NCBI GenBank assembly: GCA_964016885.1
Contig: OZ024744.1
Span: 108,686,001 to 108,750,000, forward strand
DNA length: 64,000 nucleotides
DNA from: Eledone cirrhosa
Taxonomy: Eukaryota
Direction of reading: 5' to 3'
Position 1 is the stretch's first letter. Every line of letters starts with the position of its first letter. The notes under the pieces were generated by a model. It was not told the DNA's origin and made no database searches. It saw only the letters and a program-made list of their open reading frames with translations. Both the position numbers and the translations under genes were made by a program. Shown in pieces: positions 42,094 to 55,000 of this stretch.

Positions 42094-42525
42094 GTGGTCA
42101 CGACTGAAAGGTCTGAAGACAGACACTTTCCTCTTCGGCCAAGCCCTCGTCAACTTTTTCAAGTTCCACTTGGAAAGGAAGATAAGGTTGGAGAGAGAAA
42201 TGCTGCCACCCAGAACATATTTTAAAAGGTGGGTGATTGCTGCGAGGATGGCTCGTGTGAAGGGTCCCTCTCTGATCATGTGCCTGTAGGCTGGAAGGAT
42301 GGAGGGAGAGAGGAGCATCTTCCTAGGGTGCTCTTGGAAATGAGGGTGGGTTGGGATTTGTGGGGTTCCTAACGTCACCCCTGAGTGGTATGCCCCATTC
42401 CCATTGGGGAATTCTGTTGTTGATATTTTTTGTTAATTGTTTTTGTTTATAATTTTTACTCGAATATATATCCCCTCTCTTTGTATTGCCCTCTGTGTTC
42501 GGCCCTTGAGGCCAATAATAAAGAA
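42094..42525 (+). mobile_element. L1/Tx1 copy 3, 3' end
   Basis: RLKGLKTDTFLFGQ...; ends AATAATAAAGAAATT(ATT)n. Confidence 0.85.
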
Positions 42526-42599
42526 ATTATTATTATTATTTATTTACTAATTTAATATTTATTTATTATTATTACGAGGGATATTGCCACGCTATCTTT

Positions 42600-45050
42600 G
42601 CCGCTGGTAAGTCTTTTAAATTGTGTTTATACTTTAGCAATAGTCGTAACAAAATTTCGGCACAACCTATTACATATGGCTACCGAAAAAGTATCTTTTA
42701 GCCCGTACCAAAGTGGAATTTTCTTAACATTTTCCTCCAAAATGAAAAAATGGCCAGTTTTTTCTCTGGCAAACACGAAGAGTCAGCATTTTTAAAAGCT
42801 GCTGAAAATAATAAAAGGAATGACAGCAGTTTTAGAAGCTGTCAATAAAGCTGCTGACAACTATACTCCCAACCACGACAAAAGCAACAACAATAACAAC
42901 AACCAAAACATAGCTACAGACGTTGAATGCTTCCTACTCTGTCCAGTACACCCACCACCACTGCCACCAACGACAACGATGGCGACAAAATCAACAACAT
43001 TGCTACCAAAGGAAAAAGTCAATTTAGTGTCGCAGCAACGAGGTGGTAAGTTGATGGTGCTGGACGTGACCAACAACGAAGGCTAGTGGCTGCCTATGCA
43101 CCGATAGGGGCAGGACGGCCTGATTAGTGGGTGGGGGATTGGAACGGTATCTTGGATATACACGCTGGGACTGTGTGGGACTAACAGAGGAGGAGGGTAT
43201 AAAAACCTCGCAAAACTGCTCAGACGCTTCCAACTGTCTGACAGGTACCGACTGGATTTCCCGAATGTGCCAATGTGGACATGTACAAAACGCATCGGAT
43301 CATCCAGATCGTCTTTAGATAGGGTATCCTGTAGGGAAATAGATAAGTCTAGTATAAGTGGCCCACAATTCAAAGTAGTTGATTACACAGACCACAAATT
43401 TGTATTCTGTGCGGTCAATCTAGATAGGATTCATAAAACAGGGAGCTGGGTACTGGAAGCTAAACACGTCATTCCTGGCACGCAAAGACTACAAAGACCG
43501 GATCAGTATATTAGTTAGGCGAGGGTTGACGGGATCAGTCGTCATCAACGAATGGTGGTTCGCCCTAAAAAAGGCTATTAGAGCAGAATCGATAAGATTC
43601 TTGTTCGGCGACATCTTAGCGGATGTCTGCGCCAACTGGCAGGAAAACGGAAGGATTCCCAGTTCTGTGAGTCAAGGGGCAGTAGTGCTGCTGAGAAAGG
43701 ATCCTAACAGGGGGGTGACCTATAGACAATTTCAGGCCCATAACTGCTAAACACAGAGTTTAAAACGCGATCGGTTCGCCAAAGTTGTCCCCTCTCGTCC
43801 CTTCAGTATGTATTGACTCTTGAGCCATTACTACACAAATTGGAGACGTTGAGGAGCATCCCGCGCGAAGTAGGATGTGGGTGATCCTTGTCGGCATATG
43901 CCGAAAACGTCACCATAGTGGTATTGAGTACCAAACACATTGAGATGATCGGCACGACTCTCAGGGAGTACGAAGCGGTAACAGGAGCAAATATCAACCA
44001 GGAAAAGTCGGTGGGCCTCCAGCTTGGCACCTGGAGAGGCACGTCCATGCCGTCCAACAGTGTCGTCGGGTGCTGGACAGATGAGCCGGTTAAATTACTT
44101 GGAGTCTGGTTTGGACCGGACCTCCAGATGGACAAAACTTGTGACGAGGTAACGTTCAAGGTGGCCTCTCTCACCCCGAAATGGGCTGAGAGGAAGCTGT
44201 TCTTGAAAGGTCGAATGGAGGTGGCGAACACGTACATCGCGTCCGTCATCTACTACCGCCTGACCATCGTCCCTTGTCCTAAGCCTCGCCTGACTGCGCT
44301 GGAGTATTTGTTCTTTCGCTTTTTGTGGAAAGGACGTGCTCCGATTGTCAGGCGGTCCGTTTACAGTCAACACCCGCTACGTGGAGGTCTGGGCATGTCG
44401 TGGCTTATGATGCGCAGACAAGCGTTCAGGCTACGGCATCTCCACCTCTTCCTCGGCGGTGATCAGGTGTGGTCACCATTTACTAGACGCGTGTTTCCCT
44501 AGCTTGTTTCCTTGACGGAGCTGCAGTCCTGGGTCGAGCAAAGACCGAGAGGGAGTGCTTGGAGACTGGAATATCTTCAGGCGCTTACAGCCCTCGACCA
44601 TCGGGCAATGCGATCGGTGTAAACTCCACCTTGGCGTTCTATAGAGGGTTAGTGGAGGGAAAGAGTGACGACGTCCTTGGATAGACTCTGGGCGTCGACC
44701 AAAATTAACTAGCCAATCTCTTCGGGAAACTTTCGGGCCAGGGCCCATGGACAACTTCCAGAAATCCCTGGGATAAACTCTACTGACATCCCTTTGGGAT
44801 AAACTCTACTGACATGGAAGTTCTGTCAATTGGAACTGTCAGAGGTGCGCCTAGGGCGGCAAAACCGTCCTGCATGCACTCGTCCAGTGTATATGTTGAC
44901 CACCTGCTGTCACGTGTAGGAGGCATCCAGCTTATTCACAGAGTCCATTGTGAAGATCACTTCGCCATCCTCCTTTAGAGGGGAAGGACAGGCAGTTTTT
45001 ATCTGCCTGGTGGCCATGGCAAAAGGAGTCATGTGGTGGACGTTTGAAGC
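42600..45050 (+). mobile_element. L1/Tx1-like LINE copy 4, heavily deleted
   Basis: APE and RT fragments homologous to copies 1-3. Confidence 0.8.
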
Positions 45051-45053
45051 AGA

Positions 45054-46238
45054 TTGGGCACGATTGATGCCCACCCAGCCCTCTTCATGTTGAGGAACTG
45101 CTTTGTCATGCCGAAGATCCTCTGCACGTTTCGTAGCGCTCCTTGCTACAGCCACGCATCTCTCTTTGCTGACTTTGACACTTGTATCCGAGTCGCAGCT
45201 GAGGAGATATGCAATGTCAGGTTTGACGAGCTTTGATGGCAACAGGCCACCTTACCTGTTAGAAATGGTGGTCGGCGTTTCTTTCGTCGGTAACTTCTTG
45301 CCGCGTCCTCATTAATAAGGTTCTCCAAAACACAATGGTACCCACTGTGATAGAGGAACATGAGGCCTCCTGCGAGACGTGGAACCAGTTTGGATTTAGC
45401 CCAGCAGATGTCCCATCTCCTTTTCCCCCTTCTGACGTCAAGTCCCCCCAGAGAATTTGGGATGCTATCCAGTGCAACCTGGCCTCGAGCAAACTAGCGC
45501 GCCAACTCGACCAACACCGCCTTGCATGTTTTCGTTCGGCCTTGCAACTCCACAGCGGTGCCTGGCTCCATGCTATACCCTCCTTCTCTACTGGCAAGCA
45601 GCTAGGCAATGATAGCCTGTGCATCAGGGATTCCCTGAGGCTTAGCCTCCGGATCTGCGAGCAACACAAATGTCGCTGTGGATCCACCATGGACTCTTTC
45701 GATCTCCTCTCGCTGTCCTGTCACTACAGTGCCAGCTGCCTTCCACGCCATGCTGCTCTCAATGAGGTCATAAAGCATGACTTGGATGCTGCAGGCTTCC
45801 CCTCCCAGCTCGAGCCGGTGGGGATGGACAGAGGGGACGGCAAAAGGCTTGAAGGCATGACCATCTTCCCATTCCGCGGTGGGTAAATCCCTCGTCTGGG
45901 ATGCCACATGCAGCAACAGATTCTCCAGTGGCAACCTGGTGCAGTCTGTGACTAACCCAGGCTCTGCTGGACTTCAGGCTGAGGAGGGTAAACTCTCCAA
46001 GTATCGGTCGCTCTCCGACAGGTTTGCAGTCAAGCCTGTAGCAGTGGAGACTTCTGGTGTCCTTGGCCCTAGGGCCACCTCCCTACTCACCACCATAGGC
46101 GCTGAGCTGACTAGCCGCAGGCGTGAGTCTCACGAGATGGAATGACTCTTCAGGCGCATCTCTCTTACCATCCTCTGGGGAAATGCCTTCTGCATCCTCT
46201 CCGCCGGGGCCATCACGAGGGACCCTATTTGCTCATAA
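45054..46238 (+). mobile_element. CRE-clade LINE 3' part (second copy)
   Basis: Homologous to 18008-19225. Confidence 0.85.
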
Positions 46239-46798
46239 GAGAGAGAGAGGGGGGGGGTGAGAGATGGAGGCGATAACAGTGAGAGTTCGGCTCTTGTGTG
46301 TTCGGACCTAGTGTACGCGTGTGTGTATGTTTACACTATCGACCTTTCCATATTGTTAAATGTTTGCACAAGATTATTTAGGTGTATCTTATAATCTATG
46401 CAAGTATATTCTTACCCTTATCTTCATTCTCTACTCCCTCAATGACACTGGACTACTACATATCCTCCCCCTGTCACACTCCTACTCCTTTTGCTTCACT
46501 GTCGCATGTCATCATTCCTTAAATCTTAATCCCACTCCTCGCATCACAACATAAGCACCAACATGTCCACTATTAAATAGTCAATCCATCCCCACCTCTA
46601 CCACTAGATGTACCCCCACCATCATTCTTTCATCTTCCCAATCTCTTTCTACTTCTCCCCTCCCCCCTCCCATATCCTCGCACATTTTTCTCTCCCAAAT
46701 AATCAATGGAAACAAAGTAAAATTGACCACCATCAATAATATGCCAACAGATATATATTTTTAAACGCTGTACGGGAATCATTCTGTCATTAAGCTAG

Positions 46799-46891
46799 CA
46801 GAAGTCTGATGAGCTTTGGATTCCCGAGTCGGGCCCGATCGATAGAGATCGAACCTTGAGTTGATCAATCGCGAAACACGCGTCACACCTG
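46799..46891 (+). ncRNA. Type I hammerhead with extended stem II in a non-coding PLE-like 3' end (46360-47020)
   Basis: CAGAAGT-CTGATGA(46806-46812)-GC..CGATC/GATCG..GC-GAAA(46873-46876)-CACGCG-TC-ACACCTG; stem I has 2 mismatches. Confidence 0.65.
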
Positions 46892-47044
46892 AATAAACTT
46901 AATGAAAATTTGACACCTCGTCCATACTAGTCAAAATATAGCCAGAAATACACTGCAGTGTATATAAAATTCCTCCCTTTTTTTAACCAGACAAAATAAA
47001 TATTTCAATATTTGGTTCATCAAGTAGAATTAAGTTTTATTAAA

Positions 47045-47163
47045 AAATCTCGCCGAGATTGACTTTGCCTTTCATCCTTACGGGGTCGATAAAATAAAGT
47101 ACCAGTAAAGTACCAGTAATGCACTGGGTAATTGCTGGCCTTGTGCCTAAAGTAGAAACAATT
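47045..47163 (+). mobile_element. Nin-like SINE fragment
   Basis: Core. Confidence 0.8.
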
Positions 47164-47519
47164 AAATAGTTTTATATTTAATTGCATTTGTTCCGCAATT
47201 GTGAGGGGGTTTTGTGCATAGAATTTGTGGGGCTCCTGTGGGGAGATCGCCGCCGGAAGTTGGGGGACGACTGACCGGAAACGGGAGGACGAGTGACATG
47301 ACAAGAGGGTTCAGTGGCTACTGACTGGTCCTTTTTCGCTAGGAGTTCGTGTCGAGGGAAGACGTGTGGTGTGAAGCAAGACTGAGAGAGGCTCTGATAC
47401 TCTAACGTAGGATGTGCCGCAGGTGGACGGTTGAACAACTTTGTTCAATCAAAGACGCAAGGTAAGTCCGAATGCTTCCGGATTTAAAACCTCGAAAGAA
47501 ACAATAATTGTATTTCTAC

Positions 47520-47790
47520 TTATTGTTTTTGGAAGGTGTTTAAGCATGTGTAGATAACCTCGTATATAACACTATATGTGTTTTTTAAAATGAGCTTTAG
47601 TAGAATGTCCAGAAAACCACTTGCAGAACCTGTTATAATTGGTCTTAATTTCAAATCGTCTGTAGGTGCTAACCCGATGTATTTCGTTGTACAGGTTTTA
47701 CAAGTCCCACTTATCACTTTGCATATAGTTCATAGATATTGTTGTGGCTTATGTAGTCAATTCCTTTCTTGGTTAAACCTTTGCAATATT
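47520..47790 (-). mobile_element. Decayed GIY-YIG (PLE-like) fragment
   Basis: VISGTCKTCTTKYIG....LKLR. Confidence 0.45.
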
Positions 47791-47837
47791 TAGTAATGTC
47801 AGCAAAATTCCAATTGTTTTTTTAAAATTATTTATAG

Positions 47838-48022
47838 GTGAATTGGCAGTGTCGGTAGAGGGTCGGACGCCATGCTTTCCAGCATAGTTACGTCCCTTTA
47901 CGGACTGTGTTCAAATCTCGCCGACGTTAACTTTGCCTTTCATCCTTAAGGGGTCGATAAAATAAAGTACCAGTAATGTACTGGGGTAATTGCTGACCTT
48001 GTGCCATAAGTAGAAACAATTA
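47838..48022 (+). mobile_element. Nin-like SINE
   Basis: Head, core and tail. Confidence 0.85.
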
Positions 48023-48428
48023 TTTATAGTCGTTTTATCTTTAATAGTAATTACTGTCTCCCAACAGTTTAAGTGTATCCATCATAACTGCAATGATAAC
48101 TTTATCGGATTCTTTAATTGTAATTTCAATGTCTCTCTGTAAATCATTTAGATTTTTCCGTTCTTGTTTTTTTATTTTATACTATTTTCTATTGTTTCGA
48201 CAAGAATATGCATTATGTGTTTACAGGAGGAATCTAACGTGTTATTACTAACATTCTCTCCACTGAAGACATATTTATAACTAGTGGGTTCTCATAGTTC
48301 TCATGTTTACTTATTTCTAACAAAGAAAATATTCATCTAGCATGGGTTCACCGCAGAATTCTGTGACGTCTGTTTTAATTTCATTTGATTTTTGTGATAG
48401 GTGTTAATCCCAGAGCCTTGATATGTAT

Positions 48429-48576
48429 ATTTGAATGACTATCAATACATTCTTTGATAGATTAATTTGAATGACTATCAATGCATTCTTTGATAGATTA
48501 ATTTGAATGACTATCAATGCATTCTTTGATAGATTAATTTGAATGACTATCAATGCATTCTTTGATAGATTAATTT
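48429..48576. repeat. 36-bp minisatellite x4
   Basis: ATTTGAATGACTATCAATGCATTCTTTGATAGATTA. Confidence 0.92.
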
Positions 48577-48759
48577 AACTTCGGTTTCTCGTGCTTGGAA
48601 ACCACCTTATGTCCGGATGTTTCTGAGTTCAATTTAAAAAACGATGTTTATTATTTTGTGTATCACTGCTATTTCGCCAGATTGGTAACGGGCGTGAATA
48701 AGACCATCAAAATACTACAATATGATTAGAGATAATAAATACTATCCTACCGCATCCTG

Positions 48760-50140
48760 TTGGCACAGACCACCAGACATGGAAAGGAGTGTTTGGAAGG
48801 AACAGCGATCCAGATCTAAATACGTATGGAGAGGCCTTGTTTGACATCTGTTCTAGTATTGGGCTTTTATGAACATCTTCCAGTACGTTTGTGTTAAGAG
48901 AGGGGCTGAGATGTCAACTGATCACCATCTAGTTATCTGCAGCTTGAGACTAACTAAAGCCAAAGAAGCCCACAAAACTGGCAGATCCAGGACGGTCTAC
49001 AGGATAAAGTGAAAAGCACTGGCAGATAAGGAAGTCATGACCGGGTATATAGATAATGTTGCATCCAAATTCAGAGAACTCTCTGAGCAAACTGAGGCCG
49101 CTAGGACAGAGTGGAGATTGTTTAGTTCAGCAGTTTCTGCTTCAGCTGTGAAATGTTGCGAGCAAAAGCGTTTTGGTTCAATCAAGGAGTCAAAAATTCC
49201 ATCCGAGCAAAGGAAGTTTACAAAGCTTGGCTTGGAGATAAGTCCTCTCTTTTGCACTTGTCGTACAAGTAGGCACAAAACATCGCAACAGAGACAGTAA
49301 AGAGTCCAAAGTTAAGACATGGGAGGACTTTGGGGTTAAGCTGGAATTCGACTTCAGATCAACAAATAAAGTCTTCTGGCAGACCATCTGCTAACTTCCT
49401 AATAAGAAGTGCCAACCCGCGCCTGCTATCAGGAACGAGTCTGGGGTCCTCCTCTCTTCAGTGAGGTCCATCCTCACGTGGTGGGGAGAATAATTTGCTG
49501 ATATTCTAAACCTTATCACAACAGCATCTTCGGATGTAAACGAGGTGCACTGGAGAGCGATGACTAATCTCTTAGAGGCTAAGATCATGAGAGCAATTAA
49601 AGAGCTGAAATTTGGGAAGACCACTAGGGATGATAAAATTCAGTCCGAGATGTTAAAGGCCTTAAATAGAGAAGGTGTTCTCTGGCTGATTGGTGTGTCC
49701 CGGGTGACCTGGATCTCTGGAAGGGCACCTAAGCAATAGCAATCGGGAGGGACAATCCCAATTTTCAAAAGACAAGAAAAGCTGCTCCAGTTATAGAGTT
49801 CTCCTTGTTAAGTATCCCTAGTAAAGTCTATGCTAAGTATGTAGGGAGATTATCTAGTTCAAGCTAGCTGATAAACAGTGTGGTTTTAGCCCCTGACGTT
49901 GCCCTGACGGCCAAATATTCACACTGCGGCAGGTCTTCGAGAAATTGTAGGAGTATTGCTAACTGGTGTAGAGGAGGCTTCTTCGTAGACCTCGAAACAG
50001 AATTGTTTTAGTAAGTGGTGGATAACAGGAGGCTGAATTAAGTACAAAATTTGCTGGTGCATTAATGCGCCAGCTTCAGTATTTGGTCATCAAGTATCTA
50101 GGGGCCGTGTTCATGAGTGATGGAATGCAGGGGGCTGAAT
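48760..50140 (+). mobile_element. RTE-clade LINE remnant (APE end + RT start)
   Basis: RGAEMSTDHHLVIC, AIKELKFGKT..DD.I..EMLK, IFTLRQV.EK. Confidence 0.7.
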
Positions 50141-50141
50141 T

Positions 50142-50670
50142 ATGACATCTTTATTTTCTCCATACTCTTTTCCAGAATTCTTCAATTTCATGAATTGGAG
50201 GAGGTTCCTTTACTTGAATTGTCTGCGTCCCAATTTCCCTATAAAACCCTTTCTCATCAGACATAAACAGCTTATTTTGCCCGTAAAACCTATTTCGTTT
50301 TTCAAATCTTCTCATCCTTTGAGCTTTCAGCTGAACTTTCTGTTTCAGGGTTTCTTTGATTGATGGAATATCAGACTTTGAAGTTACATTGTATTTCTTA
50401 ATAACTTTCCTTCCTTTTCTTGACAGACTTCCTAGCACATATTTCATCCAGGATCAATATTTCTTCCCTCATCCTTTCAATTTCTTTCTCAATTTTTCAC
50501 TTCCAGGATTGTTTTTTTGTGGGGGAATGCTGTGTCTTTTTTGCTTTTACTTTAACCCACATTTCCTCTCTATTACAGTGGCTGCTGCATAACCTCATTT
50601 AGTTCTGATATATCAGGTTCCATCTCCTCAATTATTGCTTTAACAACCTGATTTCCAGTTCTCATGTGTT
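50142..50670 (-). mobile_element. R4/Dong-like fragment (pre-RT region)
   Basis: ETLKQK...KAQR.RR...NRF.QNKLF..D.K.FYR...EEFW..VW. Confidence 0.65.
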
Positions 50671-50696
50671 TTTTATTATTATTATTGTTGGGTTAA

Positions 50697-51682
50697 GGGC
50701 GGTGGATTGGCAGTGTCGGTAGCGGGCCGGACGCCATGCTTTGCAGCATAGAGTTACGGCTCTTTATGATCTGAGTTCAAATCCCGACGAGATTAACTTT
50801 GCCTTTCATCCTTACGGGGTCGATAAAATAAAGTACCAGTAATGTACTGGGGTCGATTTGATCGACTTTCCCCTCCGTCAGAATTGCTGGCCTTGTGCCT
50901 ATATAAGAAACAATTATTATTGTTGGGTTATTTTGTTTAGCTCAGTTCTGTTTCACTATTGCTTCGGGCAATAGATGTTTTCATTGTAGAGAGAGAACTT
51001 GCCTGAGAATGTGTGTTGTTCCTAGATCTTCTGTAGCTCATATTTACTGATCTTGCAGGGAAGGACGCTAAGGTGCAGGTCTGAGGATTTGGGTATTAAT
51101 CCTAATGCCCCTATTACCCCAGGGATAGTGTTTGTGGTCATCCTCCACATATGGTTGATCTCTATTTCCAGGTCTTTGTATTTTGACAGTGTTTCCATTG
51201 TTTTTATAGATATATTCTTGTCAGCGGGTTTGGAAATATCTATAAGGCTATTGGGCAGTGGATTGGCAGTATCAAGTAGAGGGTCGGACGCCATGCTTTG
51301 TAGAATAGAGTTACGGCCCTTTATGATCTGAGTTTAAATCCCGCCGAGGTTAACTTTGCCTTTCATCCTTACGGGGGTCGATAAAACAAAGTATCAGTCA
51401 CACACTGGTCGATTTAATCGACTTTCCTCTCCCCCAAAATTGCTGGCCTTGTGCCGAAATAAGATACAATTATTATTAGGGGTCGTGGATTGGCAGTATC
51501 AGTAGATGGTCAGACGCCTTGCTTTGGCGCATAGAGTTACGGCCGTTGCCATTCTGAGTTCAAATCCCGCACAGGTTAACTTTGCCTTTCATCCTTACGG
51601 GGTCGATGAAATAAAGTACCAGTAATGCACTGGGATAATTGCTGGCCTTGTGCCAAAAGTAGAAACAATTATTATTATTATT
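50697..51682 (+). mobile_element. Three Nin-like SINEs (50697-50921, 51253-51478, 51479-51682) with an antisense R4/Dong 3' fragment (50960-51250) between them
   Basis: SINE cores; minus-strand IDISKP.D...SKYKDLEIEI..MW...VIGALG. Confidence 0.8.
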
Positions 51683-51786
51683 GGCTGTCAGACGTGTTTT
51701 TTGTGAGCTCCTCAAGGTAGTGAATTTCAAGATTTTTTAATTGTATTAGTTGCCATATTTAAATTAGATACGTTCCAAAGAAATAT

Positions 51787-51824
51787 CCGCGAAAAGTGAA
51801 CCGCGATATAGCGGGGGATTACTG
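51787..51824. mobile_element. Single terminus of a Tc1/mariner (pogo/Tigger-like) element
   Basis: Minus strand TA|CAGTAATCCCCCGCTATATCGCGG; partner TIR not seen. Confidence 0.45.
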
Positions 51825-51860
<36 letters not shown>

Positions 51861-51862
51861 AC

Positions 51863-51920
<58 letters not shown>

Positions 51921-52029
51921 GTCGAACAACTGCTGTCAAGGGTGGGACCGATCCGGTTGACCACCGAGTCTATTGTAACGATCAAGCCGCCTCCCTTCCC
52001 TCTTCTGTGTCTGTGCAATAACTGTTTCT

Positions 52030-55000
52030 ACTTTTGAACAGCAACAATGCCAACTGCACCGAGAACAACAACAGTGGCACAAAAGATATAACCAACAGCA
52101 GCAGCAACATCAGCAACAACAACACCACCAACAAAACAACGACACCACTACCACCACCAACAACAACAACGACAACACCACCACCACTACCACCAACAAC
52201 ATCAACAACGACAACACCACCACCACCAACAACAACATCAACAACGACAACACCAACACCAACACCAACACCAACACCACCACCACCAACAACAACAACA
52301 ACAACAACATTACCAACAACAAGAACACTTTCGTTGCGGCAGCAGCCCAAAAGAGGCCATGCTTCAGCATGGACCTCACAAATAAAGATGAAAAGCTGGC
52401 TAAGACCTGGATGCTTATCAGGCAAGAACAAACCTGGGCCAACTTAACTGTCCCAGCAGAAGCCATTGAAGCAGTGGAGCATAGAACGGTGCATTTCAGA
52501 TGCATCTCAGCAGAAACAAAGAGGGCGGCTTTAATTGCCCAGGCAGATATTGAAGCTGCGCTGTGGTGCATCAAAGATAACGAGGAGCAGACAATATGGC
52601 ACCATTTCAGTGCTGTTTAAGTCAGAAACCTTCGCTATAAAACATGCAATGATACCTTGCAAAACCAGCAAGGTCATAATGTACCCCCTCCCACATGGGA
52701 AAAAGAAACAGCTTGTGCCCACAATCCTGGGGTTCCGACCAGGGCTTGACATGTGGTGGCTCCTAGAATGCGTGATTGTGGATGGGACGGATACCGTCCC
52801 GATAGAGGTTGCAAGGACTGTCCGGGAGGACTGGTCCGGGATTGACCTGGAGATACTTCTCCAGATCAGGCTTGAGGATGTAAAAACAACCCAGACCACA
52901 TCCGTCTCCAGAACGGGACGGTGTTACATGTAATGACAGAGGGAAAAAGACCGCATTGTTTCGTTTGAGGGGAAACAACCCCATTTATGAGCCTTCTTCC
53001 CTCAACTGCTGGAAGATGGAAGGAGTCGGAGGTCTCCTCTGCTGCCGACGCTGGCGCGAGGACCACCACCAACACCAGCACCGGCAAAACCACCAGTAAC
53101 AACACACCAACATTGGCCACCCAGGGGGGGAAACGAGGAAAGCTCTCCCATTCCCCCTCCCCACCAAAATACACACACACACACACACACAGAGACACTG
53201 ACACACTTGCAGACACAGGCCCCTCATCTTCCAGTAGTGGAGATGAGGGAAACCCCCCCCCCCCCAAAAAAAAAAGGAAACAAAAAGAAAAAATATCCAC
53301 AAAAGATGCAGACACCACCCAAGCAAACACCAACACCACCAACAACATCAACAACCTAAACAGGCACGAGAACAAATAAACGCACAACAAACACAGACAC
53401 ACCCGAAAAAACACCAACAAAGCCATCACCACCACAGTCACGCAAACAAATAAAACTGCACCAACAAAACATACAAAACTTCGTGCTCGTCAGAAGGACC
53501 AACGAGAAATTGATGGCCCTCGGAACAAGAAGTGATGAAATACAAACAGAGGGGGAGATTTTTAATCGAGCACATTTCACATGCCGGAAAGTTTGTTTCC
53601 GGTGCGAATGTCACTTGATTCCTACAAAGGGATTCGAGAGAGCTTTCCTCAGGACATGAAACCCACATCGAGACTTTTAAAGTGATTCCCCAAAAATACC
53701 CCACCAACTATGAAGGTCGAATCATCCGACCTTCACAAGACCTCGGGGGGTAAGTAAACTTTTCCTCTCTCTTTTAGCCTGCCAACATGGCCATATTAAG
53801 TGTAGGAAGCTTAAATGTTCGTGACCAGGGGTCGCCCTGGAAGCAGGGTAACCTGCTCAACGACCTCAGGTCTCTAGAAATGGATGTAATTGTCATCAGC
53901 GAGACCAGGATTTCCGACACGTGCGCACTAGCTCCCATTTTCGACGACTATCAGATCTTCGCATATGTTAGTCGGCCGGGAATGTTTAGGAAAGATCTGG
54001 ATCTCGAGGTAAAGTCAATCTTGCGGTACCCGGACGGTAAGTTGGTTGTGCCTTTAGACTACCGGGGCAGGACGGCCGAAATTCATTAAGCGCCTGGAAG
54101 CCTCTCTGGGAACATCTCGCCCTTTACTGTTTGCGGAGGAGTGGAACGGCATCTTAGACGCACACTGGGATTGTGTGGGAGTAGCTGGTAAGAGCAGTGC
54201 GTGGGTGGCGAAAAAACCTCAAGTTTCTGATCAGCCAGTTCCAACTGTCTGGCAGGTACCGACTAGATTTCCCTAATGCGCCAGTGTGGACGTGGACCAA
54301 CCACATAGGGTCATCTAGATCGTATATTGACAGGATTTTCATTAGGAAAATAGATAGTCCACTTTTTTAAAACGGTCGCCTATTCAGATCACGAGTTTGT
54401 GTTCTGTATGGTCGGCCTAGATAAGACACGTAGGTTAAGACCTGGTTACTGGAAGCTGAACATGTTGTTTCCGGCACGTAAGGATTACAGAGACCGGGTC
54501 ACCAATTTAGTTAAGCAAAAGTTGACAGGGGGTGGGTGTCGTCAACAACAGATGGTGGTGGTGGTGGTGGGGGGGGGACTCTCAAAAGAGAGATTAGAGT
54601 AATATCGATAGGATTTAGCAAAGAAGAATTGTTAGAGAAAAATAGAAAGGAGGGGAAGCTGGTAGCTAAGTTAGACGAGACTATTTGTAGTGGCATTGCA
54701 ACTGACGTTCTAGCGGCGAGAATGGCATTAGACGATTTCTTCAATGCGAAACATGAAGGTTGTATTGTCAGAGCTAAGGCGCGTGCTCTGAGAAACGAGG
54801 GAACCAAAGCTGTTCGATGGGGCCGCATGACGGAGGCGCAGCGTAGAAATAAAACCACAATTCGGTCTTTGACGGACCGAAGCGGATGCGAGCTGAGCGA
54901 TTCCAGGCAGATGTGTGAGGCTTTTCGCCAGCACTTTACTTGATTATTCGGGGGGAGTGGCTCGTAAGTCTACTCAACTGTTCGGAATGAGCAGTAGGTC

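Noticed and set aside
48429-48576. CRISPR-like 36-bp palindromic repeats
   Set aside because: No spacers, no cas genes, eukaryotic context
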